Shown in pieces: positions 20,261 to 31,079 of a stretch of 64,000 bases of DNA (its first letter is position 1; the number at the start of each line of letters is the position of its first letter). Position numbers and translations under genes: made by a program. The notes beneath the pieces were generated by a model. It was not told where the DNA came from, searched no databases, and worked only from the letters and a program-made list of their open reading frames with translations. Source of the DNA: Albugo candida (taxonomy: Eukaryota); the NCBI GenBank assembly GCA_040437565.1, contig JBDOQK010000070.1, forward strand, positions 1-64,000, read 5' to 3'.

Positions 20261-22129
20261 ATGGCGACACGTTTCTACACACTTTGCCGCGTCGCTTTTT
20301 GGCGGAAACCGCGTGCATGCGCATCGTTTCTCGATGGAGGAATGCATCCTTCCCATTCCGAGTCTCCCCGTGACGCAAATACGTCTCACGAACTCGACAA
20401 AAGTTTAGGCTTTTTCGATCTTTTAATGATCGGAATCGGAGGCACTGTCGGCTCTGGCGTCTTTGCGACTGCAGGATTCGTATGTGTCGCATGCAGCATG
20501 CTCTCCCACTAACACGCTGCGTAGATTGCTCACTCGTACGCTGGTCCTGGCGCGATTCTAAGCTGGTTGCTCGCAGGATTCGGATGCGTGCTCAGCGGAG
20601 TTTCGTTCATGGAGTTGTCGTGTCTGATCCCATCGACGGGGTCCACGTACGCGTACGCGTATCACGGGATCGGAGAGCTTCCAGCGATGCTCGCAGGGTT
20701 CTTACTGACACTCGAATATGGGATTTCCAGTGCGGGAGGAGCTCGAAGTTGGAGTGATAAGTTCTCAACGTGGCTGGAAAGTGAGTTTGCGATGGAAACT
20801 CCGCTTTGGGTAAAGTCGTCGGAGAGCGTGTTCGATGTGTATGCAGCGGTATTGATGGCGTTGTGTGTGGGCATCGTCGTTGGTGGCATGCAGTCGGGGA
20901 AGATGGTAGTGAATGTGGTGACAATGACGAAAATTAGCGTGATTTTTGTTATCATTTGTGTGGGATTTCTTCATTTTCGAATGGAAAATGTGACGCCATT
21001 TATTCCCAAAATCGAAAGAAAAAACAATGGAGAATTCGCGTACGGATGGCAAGGCGTTCTGCTCGGTGCGAGCGCGAGCTTTTACGGGTATATCGGCTTT
21101 GATGAAGTGTGTTGTTTGGCCGGGGAAGCGCGACATCCTACGAAAAATATACCCAAAGCGGTGCTTGGAACGATTCTCGGAGCTGCGATTTTATCGACTT
21201 TGGCTACCGTTGCACTCGTTGGAATGCAGCCATTTCAGATGATTCACGTGGGCGAATCGTACGGGCAGGCGTTTATGTATGTGGGGAATGCATGGGCCGC
21301 GAAATTGGTAGCGACAGGCGAGGTATTGACGATGCCAATCACGACATTGATTTCGTTTATGGCGCAGCCTCGCGTGCTATTCGCAATGGCTCGTGATGGT
21401 TTACTGCCTCCGATATTCGCTGAAATGGATGAGGATGGGAATCTCACGCGAGGCACTTGGATCTGCGGTGGTGTTGCGATCGCAATCGCTCTTTGTGTTC
21501 CATTTCAATTGCTTTGGAATTTGATTTCATTGGGGATTTTGGTTGCATTCAATTTGACAAATACGTCTTTAGTGTGTCTCCGAGCGGAGCAATTGAGGTC
21601 GATACGAGCTAAAGAGAAGCTCAAGTGCATGTTGTGTGCGTATCTATTGGTGTCGTTGATCACTGCGTACTGCTGGGAAGGTATCATTACGAAAGCGCAA
21701 GAGGAAGGAAGTACGACTTTTGAGTTGTATTTCGCTGTTTTCTTCTCTTTCGTGACAATCAGCGTCATACTAGCGATGTGGATCGTGTCCAGAGGCGATA
21801 CAGAGTGTGGATCTTCCGATAATGTCCAGGACGAAGCAACGGCGGAGATGGAGGGATTCCAGGCTCCTTGGGTTCCATTGACGCCTTGCGTTGCTATTTT
21901 CTTCAATTGGTTTCTATTGTGTCAGATGGATACGTATTCGGTGCTTCTTATCACATTGTGGCTGTCGATGGCCCTTGCATGCTACTGGTTGTATGGATTC
22001 CATCACAGTTTAGCGCATCAGCAATTCGCATACAAAATGCTCGAAAAGCCCGAGTCTTTGGATCGAATACAAGAGCGAACAGAGAAGAAGGAAGACATTA
22101 CATCGAAAACGGATAGGATTGAGAGTTAG
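20261..22129 (+). CDS. Cationic amino acid transporter (APC family), 2 exons
   Basis: IGIGGTVGSGVF, then intron 20480-20524, then AGPG, ELSCLIPSTGSTYAY, FYGYIGFD, AQPRVLFAMARDGLLP and FQAPWVP. Confidence 0.93.
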
Positions 22130-23230
22130 GAGAGGATAAATGCCACGTCATTCCGACGCGGATGACACGATTGCGAGCAATTCGAGTCGTCGAGGTCTTC
22201 CGAGTCGGAGGCTGAGGCTTTTGAGGCTTTTTGAGTTTCGACGTTTTCGGGCTTTTCTGTGGTTTCTGGAGGCTCCTCGTTGACAGTGAGGGTGTCAAAC
22301 TCGCCCAGCATGCTCTCCTCGTGGATAAGCGCGCCTTCCATCAGCAACGCCAAATGCAAAGGATTCCGCAACGCGCTTTGAAATGCGCCCATGAAATCTG
22401 CTTCCTCTCCATAACGCATAACCCGTCCGAATTGATCAAAATGAAAATCGATGGTACAGTTACAAGTGAGTTGTAACCCAATGATTTGCTGTACCAACGC
22501 CTCATTTCGGATAATGTGAGGGAAAATACCGAGGATCGTATCGCGTGAGACGATAAACCGAAATTCACCGAGGGTTTTGACTAGAATAGTGTTTTCGATG
22601 ACAATAAAGTCCAATGAGACAAGACGAAAGTTGGAGAAACTTAGTAATTTAGTGTAAGACTNNNNNNNNNNNNNNNNNNNNNNNNNNNNNNNNNNNNNNN
22701 NNNNNNNNNNNNNNNNNNNNNNNNNNNNNNNNNNNNNNNNNNNNNNNNNNNNNNNNNNNNNTTAGTAATTTAGTGTAAGACTCCCATTGAGTAAACATCA
22801 AGTTGATTCCCTCAAGTGACCCGGCCTGGAGGTGAGGATCCATGACAGAGTGAATGTACGAAGAGATATCGGAGGAATCGTGACGAGTTTCATGGTCCGC
22901 TGCGATGTATCCATTCCGGAAAACCTCATAGTACGTCTGAGCGATTCCAGTGACGGAATTCTGAAACCTTATATGCTGTGAGAGTAGATTAGTGTGGAGC
23001 ACTTGTTTCATAATATAAAGCTCACGCAGGTCTTGACGTAAATCATTAATATCAAGTTGAAGCCACTTATCTGTTATGACTGGTTTTGTTGCAAAATGTC
23101 GTCGATTCGGGTCTTTTAATTTGCGAGTACGGGTTTTATGGGTTTGTGAGGATTTTCGCACTGGAATAAGTTCATTGTTTTTCAAATTTGATTGGTCGTA
23201 TGCGTATTCGATTTCATCGTTGAGTTTCAT
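22126..23230 (-). CDS. Oomycete-type bZIP-like protein, paralog of 19018-20142 (split by gap overlap)
   Basis: Shared blocks GIAQTYYEVFRNGYIA, GIFPHI, ADFMGAF and LMEGALIHEESMLG. Confidence 0.75.
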
Positions 23231-24452
23231 CACTCTAAAGAGTTTGTTGCTTTTTTGAGTGATAAATCAGAAATGAGGCTCAGTGTGTAGTATGTACTCA
23301 CTGGAACGTACTTTTATACGACAGAATCAGCTTCTTGAAGAAAATTGGCAGTGAGTGCGTTTAATAGAGACCTTTGACAGTGGGGTGGTAATCGACTTTT
23401 GCGGGAGATTAGTTGGCAGAAGCATTAAGAGAATTATAGAAACGTAGACTGCGAATATAAAGCAGACGATGACAGTGCGATTTCTTCGAAATTGGATTAG
23501 AGCCATTTTGGTTCATACTTGAAATAATAATAGACATGGAGCTTCTCTTGGTAGTGGATGCCACTATACTGAGCGGAAGTGAAATGTTGTGGCTAGACTT
23601 ATACAGGTGACCCTCATTTGTACAACATATCGTATAATGAGATTGTGTGGTAGAAAGTGCTTGAGTTATAATCAGACTAGAATGAGATATTGCATTTAGT
23701 TAGAACAAGAGCGTGTCGATGTCTTACTATATTATTCAATCAAATTGTCGCGTGTCTTGTCGGTTATGTAGCGAGAAAGAGAGAACATAGCGATGCGTTT
23801 CACATGATTTACACCGCTTGGCGGTGAGGCAAGTAGCAAGGTTACTTGGATGATACTATAAATGAGTAGAAGCAGATGTAGATCCTATGCTTTCATTATC
23901 TGAGATAAAGGACACTTAAAGTACCTTCGCATCCTCAACATATGTATCGGTTGCCTTATAACAATAAGCGCAGTACTTGCCACTGTATACTGCAGTGAGT
24001 ATATGTCACTTGTGGTGAGTCAGAAGATGTAGTGGGCTGTTTCAAAACGCTTGTGGAAAGGAATTCAACTATTGCGCACGTGTCCGTCTTTCAAATCACA
24101 CCGTATCTACCTAGGGTTACCAGTCAAATTATTAACAAACGCAAATATTACGATTGTATATCTGATAGAAACATACTCATAAAACGTTGCATAACGTGTC
24201 GTGCGAACGTGCCACATAGGCACCATCCAATCCGATTCGCTAAAACACAATATTCAACCTACCCCATCCCATTATGATTGGACATCGTTCCTACGTAACC
24301 TACCCTGCTTGAATCACCAAGCTTCAGGCACTTGATTTGATAGTATTCTTTAAATACATTACGAAAGTATATTGCAATTCCATGCACTTATTTCATTGTC
24401 TCTTTTCACCTCCTTTGGCTCACGATCTCACAACAGCAAGAGAAAAGCACAA

Positions 24453-24944
24453 ATGATCCTCAAATGGTCCCTGTTGGCAATGATACTCTGTTCTTGTGTG
24501 CATCCTCAGGTGTCAGCAAAGCAATCGCTCAGAACTCCACGATCTTTGCTGTTACGCCCATGGCTTGGAAAGTCACCATCGACGAGATACCGTGATCGTA
24601 GTTATCAAGACACGGAATACAGACGAACGATTCCTGATCTGACATTAAGCCCACTAGACCCTCGGACGGCACCCCACCCCAATTGGAGTAGTTTTACTCC
24701 TACCTGGTCTGAAATAGAGAAGGAGGTGGAGAGGACCGGGGGGTTTCAGCGACCTCTACTTAGCACAGGATCCCTGGCGCCTGGTACTCTTTTGTCGGGT
24801 GACGTTAGGCTTCGTGCCGAGCAAGCCGGTCAACCGAACCGAGGAGATTCGTTTCTCGACAATGCAAACTCAGGATATGGCAGGAACGATGATGTTGGCG
24901 CATATACCTTATCTATTGAAGATCTGATCGCAGGAAGACCGTGA
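24453..24944 (+). CDS. Small secreted protein, candidate effector
   Basis: Signal-peptide-like MILKWSLLAMILCSCVHPQVSA, then KQSLR and RSLL. Intronless, 163 aa, no recognisable domain. Confidence 0.6.
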   Translation: MILKWSLLAMILCSCVHPQVSAKQSLRTPRSLLLRPWLGKSPSTRYRDRSYQDTEYRRTIPDLTLSPLDPRTAPHPNWSSFTPTWSEIEKEVERTGGFQRPLLSTGSLAPGTLLSGDVRLRAEQAGQPNRGDSFLDNANSGYGRNDDVGAYTLSIEDLIAGRP

Positions 24945-25093
24945 CATTCAGTCGATCTTTATCCCATTCATGCAACATTAGAGCAACATGCTCATGCTGC
25001 TCATTCGAGTAACCTTCGTACTTGTAGCACAACGACTCGATGAAATTGTAATATATCACTCAATTTCAACCAATCACCACACACCTCTAAAGC

Positions 25094-26226
25094 ATGCAAA
25101 AATGCATCGAAGAATTATGCGACGACATGACGGCTTTGTGGCAGCCACCACACGCCAAATTAGAACGCAAAAGTCTAGCTGCCTTGACACTCAATGCTTT
25201 CTATCGTGATTTTGTGAGTAAGAGCGTTCCTGTCATCCTCACAGACGCTATAACACCGGCGGAAGGCTGGCAGCCAACCGTTTTGGACAAATGGCAACAT
25301 CCATCGTATCTCTGCGAAAAAGCAGGAGATCAACCCATTTCCGTCAATGTGACGCCATTCGGATACGGTGACGCTATTCTGACGATCGATTCGCTTCCAA
25401 AAACGCAAAATCAATATTTTTTAATGCCGGAAGAGCGCGAGATGAAATTACGAGACTTTTACCACGCGCTCCAGCATCCAGACACTCTCCAAGGCGTTCC
25501 ATATGTCTCCTACCAGGCAAGATGAGCCCAGAATTCGCCTCCAGCTCGCATATCATGCAACTCTCCATAGAATGATAACCTTCGTAATCAGTTTGCAGCG
25601 TTATATGACGAAGTACCTCCATATTTGAATCTCGCAAAAGAAGCTTTTGGCAATGCACCGGACGCAATCAATCTCTGGATCGGCGACGAGCGATCGGTAT
25701 CATCTCTCCATAAAGACTTTTACGAGGTATTTCTTTTTCTTCCATTACACCTCTTCTTACTCGCGTGCAGAATATGTATTGCGTCATTAAAGGGACAAAA
25801 GCCTTCACACTTCTTCCTCCGGCCGCGATCATTTGTCTCTCGGAAATCGACGTGGAAACGTATCGGTACCATCAAGGCTCCTGTGCGATGGATAAGGATC
25901 TCACTCGAGCATTTCATCATCAGTATCCTCAGCATTCCTCATGGAATTTGGTATCAGAGAATCAGAAAACGCCTTGGATTCCCATCGACCCCACCAAGCT
26001 CACAGCACAAGCACTTGATGCGTATCCATTCGCTTCGACCAAGTACATGAAGCCGATCCATTGTGAGATTTCATCGGGAGAAATTTTGTACCTTCCAGCG
26101 CTTTGGTACCATCAAGCAACACAATTCAATGAGACAATTGCAATTAATTATTGGCATGAAATGAGGTTTGACTCTCGTTTTGTGTATTATAATTTTTTAC
26201 ATAATATTGGGAAATATGTGTTGTGA
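25094..26226 (+). CDS. JmjC/cupin-like hydroxylase (JMJD7-like), 3 exons
   Basis: PVILTDA, VNVTPFGYGDA, PDAINLWIGD, HKD.YEN and LYLPALWYHQ (HxD...H triad). Introns 25517-25570 (GC-AG) and 25727-25770. Confidence 0.9.
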
Positions 26227-27411
26227 TACTTTCATAAGCTTTACGCGTTCCTGTGCGATTTCCCAGCACGGCACTTGATGGATTCGGACGACACATTGCA
26301 AGCAAAAACACGTGTGCTTGACGTCCATTTTCGTTCGCATGCCTGGTTGCAGGTGTTCGGGAATGTGTAAGCTCACACTGCATTTCGTACAGACGACGCG
26401 TTTACAGCCACGACAGCTTCGAGGGGTACTCCATCGCCCTCGTAAAAGCTGTTTTCCGTGCAAACAATAACATTTGATGGGAGATAGGAGGGATGATGTA
26501 TCTTGCAGTGATGGTGCAAGTGATGGGTATGGGCCAATAGCAGTAGAGAGTTTCTTGAGGAACGCACCATTCGAGATATCAGCCATCCCGACTATAACTT
26601 TGGCAAGCATGCGTCCGGCAACCGCGTTTGAGATTAAACCTTTGGTGTCAAAGGAAGCCAAGGCGTGAAAATGTATCGAACTAGTGCTGGTATTGCTGGG
26701 TCGTGAGCTTACGATGAAGCAGATCGACATATTGGATGCCAAGGCGTTCCTTTGAGGAATAGATGGATGTGTGAAGGACTGCATGATCAAATAACCGTAG
26801 CGTTCTCCGTCAGCACCCTTTTGTGCGCCTGTAGCATGAAGGAAGGAAATCTGTTTTTGGCGAACCAAGACGGAGGACATGAGGGGATTTTCCCTCATTC
26901 CCCAGCGTAACGTGAGGGTCCGAAACGGGTCAATCTCATCGGGTTGTCGAAGATTAGCGATTGTGAAGGAGCGAAACATGCGATTGCACGCATGAATGGT
27001 GTTCTGATTCCATTCCGCATCGTCGTATGAGTAAATGCCGTAAAGAAAGTCATCCACAGAGCCTTCCATGAAGCCGTTTGCCATTAATTGAGGATCGGTG
27101 AGGTGTACTCGAATAGAGGACGCGGGCGATCCCTTTAGGACACTTTCATTGAGATTTTGTATGCTTTTTACGATTGATTTGGAGGGTACGCTATCGGACT
27201 CATGAGGGCGCTGATGAGTTTTGACTTCCTTGGAGTTACGATACACTTGAACTTGATGCCTGGATGTCAATGGATTCCATTTCGAGTGCAACACTTTATT
27301 TTCACGAAATGAGGTCAATGTGCGGTGTAAGAGTGTGGCAATTGACTCATCGATGATGTTCAAGTCGAGTGAATCGATTTCGAGTTGAGGGAGCTTGGAC
27401 GGTGAGTGCAT
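26197..27411 (-). CDS. START-like domain plus FYVE-like zinc finger protein (oomycete-expanded family)
   Basis: W....VQVYR, G.MEGSVDDFLYGIY, DPFRTLTLRW, GERYGY, and C-terminal CRGC..VCTKC..CLQC. Confidence 0.75.
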   Translation of the reverse strand: MHSPSKLPQLEIDSLDLNIIDESIATLLHRTLTSFRENKVLHSKWNPLTSRHQVQVYRNSKEVKTHQRPHESDSVPSKSIVKSIQNLNESVLKGSPASSIRVHLTDPQLMANGFMEGSVDDFLYGIYSYDDAEWNQNTIHACNRMFRSFTIANLRQPDEIDPFRTLTLRWGMRENPLMSSVLVRQKQISFLHATGAQKGADGERYGYLIMQSFTHPSIPQRNALASNMSICFIVSSRPSNTSTSSIHFHALASFDTKGLISNAVAGRMLAKVIVGMADISNGAFLKKLSTAIGPYPSLAPSLQDTSSLLSPIKCYCLHGKQLLRGRWSTPRSCRGCKRVVCTKCSVSLHIPEHLQPGMRTKMDVKHTCFCLQCVVRIHQVPCWEIAQERVKLMKVSQHIFPNIM

Positions 27412-27925
27412 AATATATTACTTTCAATTATGACTGCGCTATCAGAATCGTTCAAGGGCAAAAGGCCGTACTGAATGCTTCAATCATTTGCTGGATTTCC
27501 ACTACGAATATCTGAGACACCGTGCAAAGGCGATCACGAATGTGCTCGTGCGGGGTACGTACCTTGCGTCCTTTTGATAGCTACGTGCGCATAAACCAGG
27601 AATTATAGATAAAGAGAGTGAAAGAGGATATCGAACAGATCACATTAGTGATACGCCAGCGACCCTTGAATTTTTCTATGCTATACACTAGGGAAAGGTG
27701 ATAATCCGTACTTTTCACATTCACGGTGAAGCAAACCTCATGATTCTAGAATATGAGGCAGTGCAGTAGGTCACTATTGTGATCAACCTCTCCCAATTGA
27801 TGTTTTTCTACACAATTTTCACGCAAGCAGTAAGATTTAGCATGCGCTAATCATTCAAGTTCTCCAAACATAAAATACGTCACAGAACGAGTCATCAAAA
27901 CCTATCGAACGCAATTGCTTTCACG

Positions 27926-29083
27926 TTACATAACGTCTTCATAAATCAAGATTTTCAATCTATCGGTATCATTCGGTAATTCGTTGCGATGAATTCGTTC
28001 GCATGCGAATTTCCAACTCGAAATTTGATGTGTTTCCACAACACATTGCAAGCAAACGTAAAGTTCCATCATTTCCGTCCTTTTGGATTGCAATTTGACG
28101 CTACATCGCGTGCAAAACGTAATGCCGCATTTTCTACACACGCGACCAACACTTTTGAAAAAAACACTCAAATCTCGGCCACACCCGTTACATATCGTTT
28201 CCTCCACACAGCTCACAATTTGTCCAATAGGTGTGATAGTAAGTTTCTTCATGAATGCGTAGTTTACAGCTTCAGAGAATCCAAGCATTCCACGGACCAG
28301 TATTCTGGCGCTCAGCTTTGCGGACAACGACCCTTTCGGGTCAAATGCTGCTAACCCGTGCACAGAAATCGATCGTGATTCGTTGGATGTGACAATGATG
28401 CACACAGAAAGTTCCGCACGACACACATTCTGAAGCTCGGGAAGGTCGGGATGTCGGATGGACTGTATGACGTAGTACCCAACGCGTTGCCCATCTGAAT
28501 CTATCTTCCATCCTGTGGCTTCCACAAACGCAAAATCGCGCTGGCGAACGAAAATCGATGGAATACTTTTCTGAGATCGCATTGCCCAGCGAATCGTTCG
28601 GGTTTGAAATGGGTCAGAAGTGGTTGGAACTTGAATTTGGGATACAGTGTGCGATCGCAAAGCGCCGTTCAGGATACGTTCGCTACTTTGTTTCCATTCT
28701 GTGTCGGTACACGCGTATACTCCACAAAGGAAGTCTTCGACGGTTCCGGGTATACAGCCAAGAAGCTTTTGTTGAGGATTCAAATGAACAATTCGTATTC
28801 CAGGATCGGCTCCTGGATTTAGATCAGAACCGCTTGATGATGGCGTATCGGTGGTGCCAGATTCAGATGGGGTTTGTGGTGTGGACTCACTCTGTAGTTT
28901 TCGATATATTCTGAGATGCTGTTTCCCTGCCATCAACTTCCACGCTCTGTCATATTGTATCCGTTTTGTATCGTTACATGTTTTGTCGATCAGATGAGTG
29001 ATAGTTTGGTCGATGTGATGGTAATCGGCGGGTTGTAATTTAAACGAAGCAAACCGATGATTTGTTTGAGTCAAATCTTTCAT
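27926..29083 (-). CDS. START-like domain plus FYVE-like zinc finger protein, tandem paralog
   Basis: G.IPGTVEDFLCGVY, DPFQTRTIRW, VRQRDFAFVEATG, and CNGC/CRKC/CTRC/CLQC. Confidence 0.78.
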   Translation of the reverse strand: MKDLTQTNHRFASFKLQPADYHHIDQTITHLIDKTCNDTKRIQYDRAWKLMAGKQHLRIYRKLQSESTPQTPSESGTTDTPSSSGSDLNPGADPGIRIVHLNPQQKLLGCIPGTVEDFLCGVYACTDTEWKQSSERILNGALRSHTVSQIQVPTTSDPFQTRTIRWAMRSQKSIPSIFVRQRDFAFVEATGWKIDSDGQRVGYYVIQSIRHPDLPELQNVCRAELSVCIIVTSNESRSISVHGLAAFDPKGSLSAKLSARILVRGMLGFSEAVNYAFMKKLTITPIGQIVSCVEETICNGCGRDLSVFFKSVGRVCRKCGITFCTRCSVKLQSKRTEMMELYVCLQCVVETHQISSWKFACERIHRNELPNDTDRLKILIYEDVM

Positions 29084-29973
29084 CCTTCAAAATAGTTAAC
29101 TCTGACGAAAACAAATGAAAAATGACAAACGTGAAATGTGAAACGCTGAGGTAGTACGCTTCGTGTAAAAGCCTGTAATATTTCGGACCTGCCCATGAAA
29201 AGTTCAAACTGTAAATTATCTGGTTATTGCAACGTACGTTTACGAAACTCGAAATATTATCATCAAAGTGTACGGTGATTGGTTTGTAAATGCAAAGAAA
29301 ACGTGATGAGGAACCCAGTCGATCGATATCAACATTGCGGTATTCGCGAATGGAGTTACGACACCCATGTCATAACGGTTATCACTTTNNNNNNNNNNNN
29401 NNNNNNNNNNNNNNNNNNNNNNNNNNNNNNNNNNNNNNNNNNNNNNNNNNNNNNNNNNNNNNNNNNNNNNNNNNNNNNNNNNNNNNNNCAAACTGTAAAT
29501 TATCTGGTTATTGCAACGTACGTTTACGAAACTCGAAATATTATCATCAAAGTGTACGGTGATTGGTTTGTAAATGCAAAGAAAACGTGATGAGGAACCC
29601 AGTCGATCGATATCAACATTGCGGTATTCGCGAATGGAGTTACGACACCCATGTCATAACGGTTATCACTTTATGAAAGGTAGACAATCAAGGGAAACTC
29701 GACCTTTTTCTCATCAAAAGGTCTCTACAAGATAAAAATGAGTTTCTTCTCGTTCGACTCACGAGTGTGTTCTCCTTTGTTCTGCTTCTTCGGAAACTTC
29801 GTAACAATATTGTATACTAGAAACTCTGATAAGGTTAATAAAAACAGCTTCTTCGGCACGTTTCATACCGAAAACCCTCGTATCTTATTCCCTAACCCTA
29901 CACGTCTTCAGTCTTCTAGAATTAGTAGACCTACAATCACGTTGTTCCACACTACATTTTTATTTGCAAGAAA

Positions 29974-30386
29974 ATGAGCCGTGGAAACCAAAGAGACGTC
30001 GATCGACAGGTGCGTTGAAGTGTTTTCAGATCGAAATCACTGAGGTTGAGCTTGTGTCATTGTCGTAGCGCGCTCAAGCCCGTGCTACAAAAAACGCCAA
30101 AGGAAACAAAGGGGACCCAAAAGCGCGTAAAGAGGCTNNNNNNNNNNNNNNNNNNNNNNNNNNNNNNNNNNNNNNNNNNNNNNNNNNNNNNNNNNNNNNN
30201 NNNNNNNNNNNNNNNNNNNNNNNNNNNNNNNNNNNNNCTACAAAAAACGCCAAAGGAAACAAAGGGGACCCAAAAGCGCGTAAAGAGGCTGATGCGAAAG
30301 CCTTACAGGATAAAATAGCTCGAAAAGCGGCAATGAAGGTGGAAAAGGGTGAGGACGCCGCATGTTCGAAGAATGGGAAGAAATAA
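29974..30386 (+). CDS. SERF: SERF/4F5-family small EDRK-rich protein, 2 exons (not recovered as one ORF in the track)
   Basis: MSRGNQRDVDRQ, intron 30010-30068, then RAQARATKNAK...RKEADAKALQDK. RGNQR is the SERF signature. Confidence 0.85.
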
Positions 30387-31079
30387 GGATGCGTCAAACG
30401 AATAGAATGTTTGTGTATAAGATAAGGATTCGGAGTGAAAACGGGCATCGTTACTGTATCACACTTTTCATAACAAGACATCACAATCGCAAAAACGCTC
30501 TTCACTACGATCGAATTCGAACGCTTCCATGAAAACGCTCGTTTTAACTTAACAAAACAATACCAGCATATCTGCAGTAACATACAAGTATCAAATATGA
30601 GAGGTCGTTCGACTGCTTTTCCTTTCAAAATTGACACGCATACTAGCATTAATGACAATTATAAGTCTTCTGCAATCGTACTTAATCGATAATGCGCAAC
30701 ATTGCGCTGTCATCCCAATATCCCCAGTATAAGTGGCCAACTCTTCATCGATTTTGGTGTACCACACCACTTGACGCTCTTTCACATTGACATTACAAAA
30801 TCTCGGCACCAAAAGGAAACCAAATGACTAAAAAGACATTATGCATGATCCCCGGACCCGTGGAATTTGAAGATAGAGTACTCGCANNNNNNNNNNNNNN
30901 NNNNNNNNNNNNNNNNNNNNNNNNNNNNNNNNNNNNNNNNNNNNNNNNNNNNNNNNNNNNNNNNNNNNNNNNNNNNNNNNNNNNNNAAGTGGCCAACTCT
31001 TCATCGATTTTGGTGTACCACACCACTTGACGCTCTTTCACATTGACATTACAAAATCTCGGCACCAAAAGGAAAGCAA

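Noticed and set aside
29204..29672. Direct repeat upstream of the START-FYVE gene
   Set aside because: Gap-flanking overlap. The same pattern occurs at about 6.2, 22.7, 30.2, 30.9, 43.3, 53.6, 56.1, 56.8 and 59.1 kb.
29870..29902. Telo-box-like AAAACCCT / CCTAACCCTA upstream of SERF
   Set aside because: The matches are short and imperfect, and are not distinguishable from chance.
30824..30886. Truncated second AGT gene
   Set aside because: It is the overlap copy of the AGT 5' end before a gap, differing by one SNP that is probably allelic.
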